A stretch of 64,000 nt of DNA from an uncultured Puniceicoccaceae bacterium (lineage in GTDB: Bacteria > Verrucomicrobiota > Verrucomicrobiia > Opitutales > Oceanipulchritudinaceae), in contig CAWVVV010000002.1 of NCBI GenBank assembly GCA_963933835.1, positions 320,001 through 384,000 of the forward strand, read 5' to 3'. Below the pieces are notes generated by a model. It worked only from the letters and a program-made list of their open reading frames with translations, did not search any database and had not been told where the DNA came from. Positions 61,533-64,000 of this stretch are shown piece by piece. Positions within the stretch are counted from its first letter, which is position 1; each line of letters opens with the position of its first letter. Made by a program: the position numbers and the translations under genes.

Positions 61533-62531
61533 ATGGCCATTCGTTTGGGAAAATTTCAGTTGCCGAATCGTCTGATCAAAGACGAGTCGAGTAACGACAT
61601 CTACGGTAAATTTACAGCAGAACCGTTTGAAACCGGTTATGGGCACACGATTGGCAACAGCCTTCGCCGTATCCTTCTTAGTTCGATTGAAGGTGCTGCA
61701 ATTGCATCGATTAAGATCGAAGGCGTTCAGCATGAGTTCCAGAGCATCGAAGGCGTCCTCGAAGACGTGACCGATATCGTCTTGAATCTGAAGAAGGTTC
61801 TCGTCGTGTCGCACAAGCGAGAGTCGACGCGCCTTCTCATTGATGTAACCCGTGAAGGAGCAATCACGGCGGGCGACATTCAGCCTGATGCTGGCATCGA
61901 GATCCTCAACCCTGAGCAAGTCATTTGCACACTAGGTAGTGAGCAGCGCTTCCAAGCAGAAGTAGAAATCCGCGTTGGTCGCGGATATGTTTCTGGCGAA
62001 GACAATAAGATTGAAGAGCAGTCAATTGGCGAAATTTCAGTCGATACACTCTACAGTCCCGTTCGTCTCGTAACATACGACGTTGAGAACTCTCGTGTCG
62101 GTCAAATGACTGACTTCGACCGTCTTATCCTTGAGATCAAAACCGATGGCCGGGTAACGCCTGACGAATGCATCAAGCAAGCGGCTGCGATCATGAAGCA
62201 TCACCTCGATATCTTCGACGAAGTCAGCGACGACGAAGTTCAGTTCGAAAACGCTGGCGCTCAAGTCACCGAAGAGCAGAACAAACTCCGCAAGTTGCTC
62301 AACATGTCTGTTAACGAGATCGAGCTTTCGGTTCGTGCGGCAAACTGCTTGAACAACGCTAACATCACAACGGTTGGTGAGCTTGCGATGAAGTCTGAGC
62401 AGGAAATGCTCAAATACCGTAACTTCGGTAAGAAATCTCTTAACGAGATCAAAGCGAAGCTCGAACAACTCGGCCTTAGCCTCGGTATGAAGCTCGATGA
62501 GCGTCTCCTCGAGAGCCGTGCTGAATTCTAG
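61533..62531 (+). CDS. rpoA: RNA polymerase alpha subunit
   Basis: EPFE.GYG.T.GNSLRR.LLSS, ELSVRAANCL, NFGKKSL.EI. Confidence 0.99.
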   Translation: MAIRLGKFQLPNRLIKDESSNDIYGKFTAEPFETGYGHTIGNSLRRILLSSIEGAAIASIKIEGVQHEFQSIEGVLEDVTDIVLNLKKVLVVSHKRESTRLLIDVTREGAITAGDIQPDAGIEILNPEQVICTLGSEQRFQAEVEIRVGRGYVSGEDNKIEEQSIGEISVDTLYSPVRLVTYDVENSRVGQMTDFDRLILEIKTDGRVTPDECIKQAAAIMKHHLDIFDEVSDDEVQFENAGAQVTEEQNKLRKLLNMSVNEIELSVRAANCLNNANITTVGELAMKSEQEMLKYRNFGKKSLNEIKAKLEQLGLSLGMKLDERLLESRAEF

Positions 62532-62589
62532 ATCACCCATCACCCTTTCTTTTTAACCCAACCATTTTTGGTCAACTCCCCGCAACGCC

Positions 62590-63120
62590 ATGCGTCACCG
62601 TAAACACCGTCACCAACTAGGTCGTAAAAAAGAGCACCGCGCAGCCCTCATGGCTAATCTCGCCGCTGCTCTCCTTAAGCACGACCAGATCAAGACCACG
62701 ATTTCAAAGGCGAAAGCCCTCCGTCCATTCGTTGAGAAAATCATCACGATGGCGAAGAAAGCACATGGCGCCTCTCCGGAGCGCGCACTTGCTTACCGTC
62801 GCTTGGCGATGGCGCGTGTTCGTGATCAAGAAGCCATCGCTCTTCTCTTCCGCGAGAAAGTGACAGAGTTTGTTGATCGTCCAGGTGGTTATACACGCAT
62901 CTACAAGCTCGGGCAACGTGTTGGTGATGCTGCTGAAATTGCCTTGATTCAACTCATTCCTGGATCCGACGAAGGCTACGAGAAGAAGAAAGCTCGTCCG
63001 GCTAAGAAGAAGGAAGCAACACCCGCTCCTGCTGCCGCAGAAGAAGTTGAAGTTGCTGAGCCAGTGGTTGAGGCTGAAGTTGTTGAAGCAGCTCCAGAAG
63101 AAGCCAAAGACAAAGAGTAG
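62590..63120 (+). CDS. rplQ: 50S ribosomal protein L17 with Glu/Ala-rich C-terminal tail
   Basis: MRHRK, HR.AL, RPGGYTRI.K...R.GD.A. Confidence 0.98.
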   Translation: MRHRKHRHQLGRKKEHRAALMANLAAALLKHDQIKTTISKAKALRPFVEKIITMAKKAHGASPERALAYRRLAMARVRDQEAIALLFREKVTEFVDRPGGYTRIYKLGQRVGDAAEIALIQLIPGSDEGYEKKKARPAKKKEATPAPAAAEEVEVAEPVVEAEVVEAAPEEAKDKE

Positions 63121-63145
63121 CCCTCTAGTCTTAGTTCAATTTATC

Positions 63146-63175
63146 AAAAAGCACCTGCCTCGCGGGTGCTTTTTT
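63146..63175 (+). terminator. Rho-independent terminator of the alpha operon
   Basis: AAAAAGCACCTGC-ctc-GCGGGTGCTTTTTT. Confidence 0.9.
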
Positions 63176-63244
63176 GTTGTTTAAATTCTTTCTGCAAAGC
63201 CCCATCTTCTTTCGCGGTCGACTGCCCACGCAGATCCCAATCTG

Positions 63245-63478
63245 ATGACAGAGTTTTCCCTCGAATTTGTAATTACCGGCTTCCTCGTTATGGGACTGGG
63301 GCTCTTTTTCGTCATCTGGATCTACTACGATCGGCGAAATCGCCTGTATGGCATCGCACGGAAGCGTTCCCGCGCATTCCACTGTTCTCGCTGCGGGGAG
63401 CTCTACGAAAGTCGCGAGGCAGATGATCCAGTCTCTTGTCCGAGCTGTGATGCTAAGAATCCTTCGCTCAGGTTTTGA
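63245..63478 (+). CDS. Small single-TM protein with zinc-ribbon (CxxC...CxxC)
   Basis: TM segment then FHCSRCGELY...VSCPSCDAKN. Confidence 0.75.
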   Translation: MTEFSLEFVITGFLVMGLGLFFVIWIYYDRRNRLYGIARKRSRAFHCSRCGELYESREADDPVSCPSCDAKNPSLRF

Positions 63479-63549
63479 AAAAAGTGAGGCCTCTTCAGTT
63501 CCTTCCCGCTTGCGCCTGAGACGCATCATGCCTTCTCTTGGCGTCTTTC

Positions 63550-64000
63550 ATGTCTCAGATAATAGCAGTTCTCGACTTTGGATCTCAGTATACACAGGTC
63601 ATCGCGCGGCGTTTGCGTGAATGCCAGATCAATTCCCGTGTCTATCCCTATCATACCTCCGCCGAAGACTTGAAAAAGATCGGTGTGCAGGGGGTAATTC
63701 TCTCGGGAGGTCCTTCCAGTGTTCTCGCGCCAAAAGCGCCCATGCCTGACCTCAAGATTTTTGATCTTGGGGTTCCTGTATTAGGAATTTGTTACGGCAT
63801 ACAGCTCCTCGCTCACCACCTAGGAGGCAAGGTCCTGCCGAGTCTTGAACGGGAGTATGGTCGCGGTAAGCTAGTCGTCGAGACGGACAGTCTGCTCTTT
63901 GCAGGCATCCGCCCTGAGATTCAGGTTTGGAATTCTCATGGCGATCGCCTTGAGGCAGTACCCGAAGGTTTTCAATCGATTGGCCGAACCGAGAACAGCG
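63550..64000 (+). CDS. guaA: GMP synthase (glutamine-hydrolysing), 5' part
   Basis: MSQIIAVLDFGSQYTQVIARR, ILSGGPSS, LGICYG.Q, WNSHGD; runs off the window. Confidence 0.96.
   Translation, partial: MSQIIAVLDFGSQYTQVIARRLRECQINSRVYPYHTSAEDLKKIGVQGVILSGGPSSVLAPKAPMPDLKIFDLGVPVLGICYGIQLLAHHLGGKVLPSLEREYGRGKLVVETDSLLFAGIRPEIQVWNSHGDRLEAVPEGFQSIGRTENS

Overview
A ~56% GC bacterial chromosome segment, most consistent with Verrucomicrobiota (Opitutia-like): PEP-CTERM protein, LpxC-FabZ fusion, tandem ExbD genes, no rpmD, and few Shine-Dalgarno motifs. Left half: housekeeping genes (sdhB end, argH, eno, kdsB, carA, hisN-like, pdp-punA-upp salvage operon), tRNA-Ala(GGC) followed by a small decaying islet, and two genes broken by homopolymer indels. 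Centre (26.5-35.6 kb): a metal-homeostasis cluster. It has a TroABCD-type ABC importer whose two permeases both carry DtxR-like tails, with a perfect palindrome over its promoter. It also has two outer-membrane-barrel modules, each preceded by an exported Cys/His-rich leader ORF ending in PPPR, which are candidate metal-sensing ribosome-arrest peptides. Right half: argS, a thymidine-phosphorylase paralog with a degenerate active site, efp, lpxC-fabZ, lpxA, trkAH, and the S10-spc-alpha ribosomal cluster. That cluster lacks rpsJ, rpmD, adk, infA and rpmJ here, has an exported-protein gene inserted between rpsS and rplV, an RGG-extended uS5, and a SecY with an extra C-terminal hydrophobic helix. 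The window ends inside guaA. All calls come from reading motifs by eye; no database searches were run.
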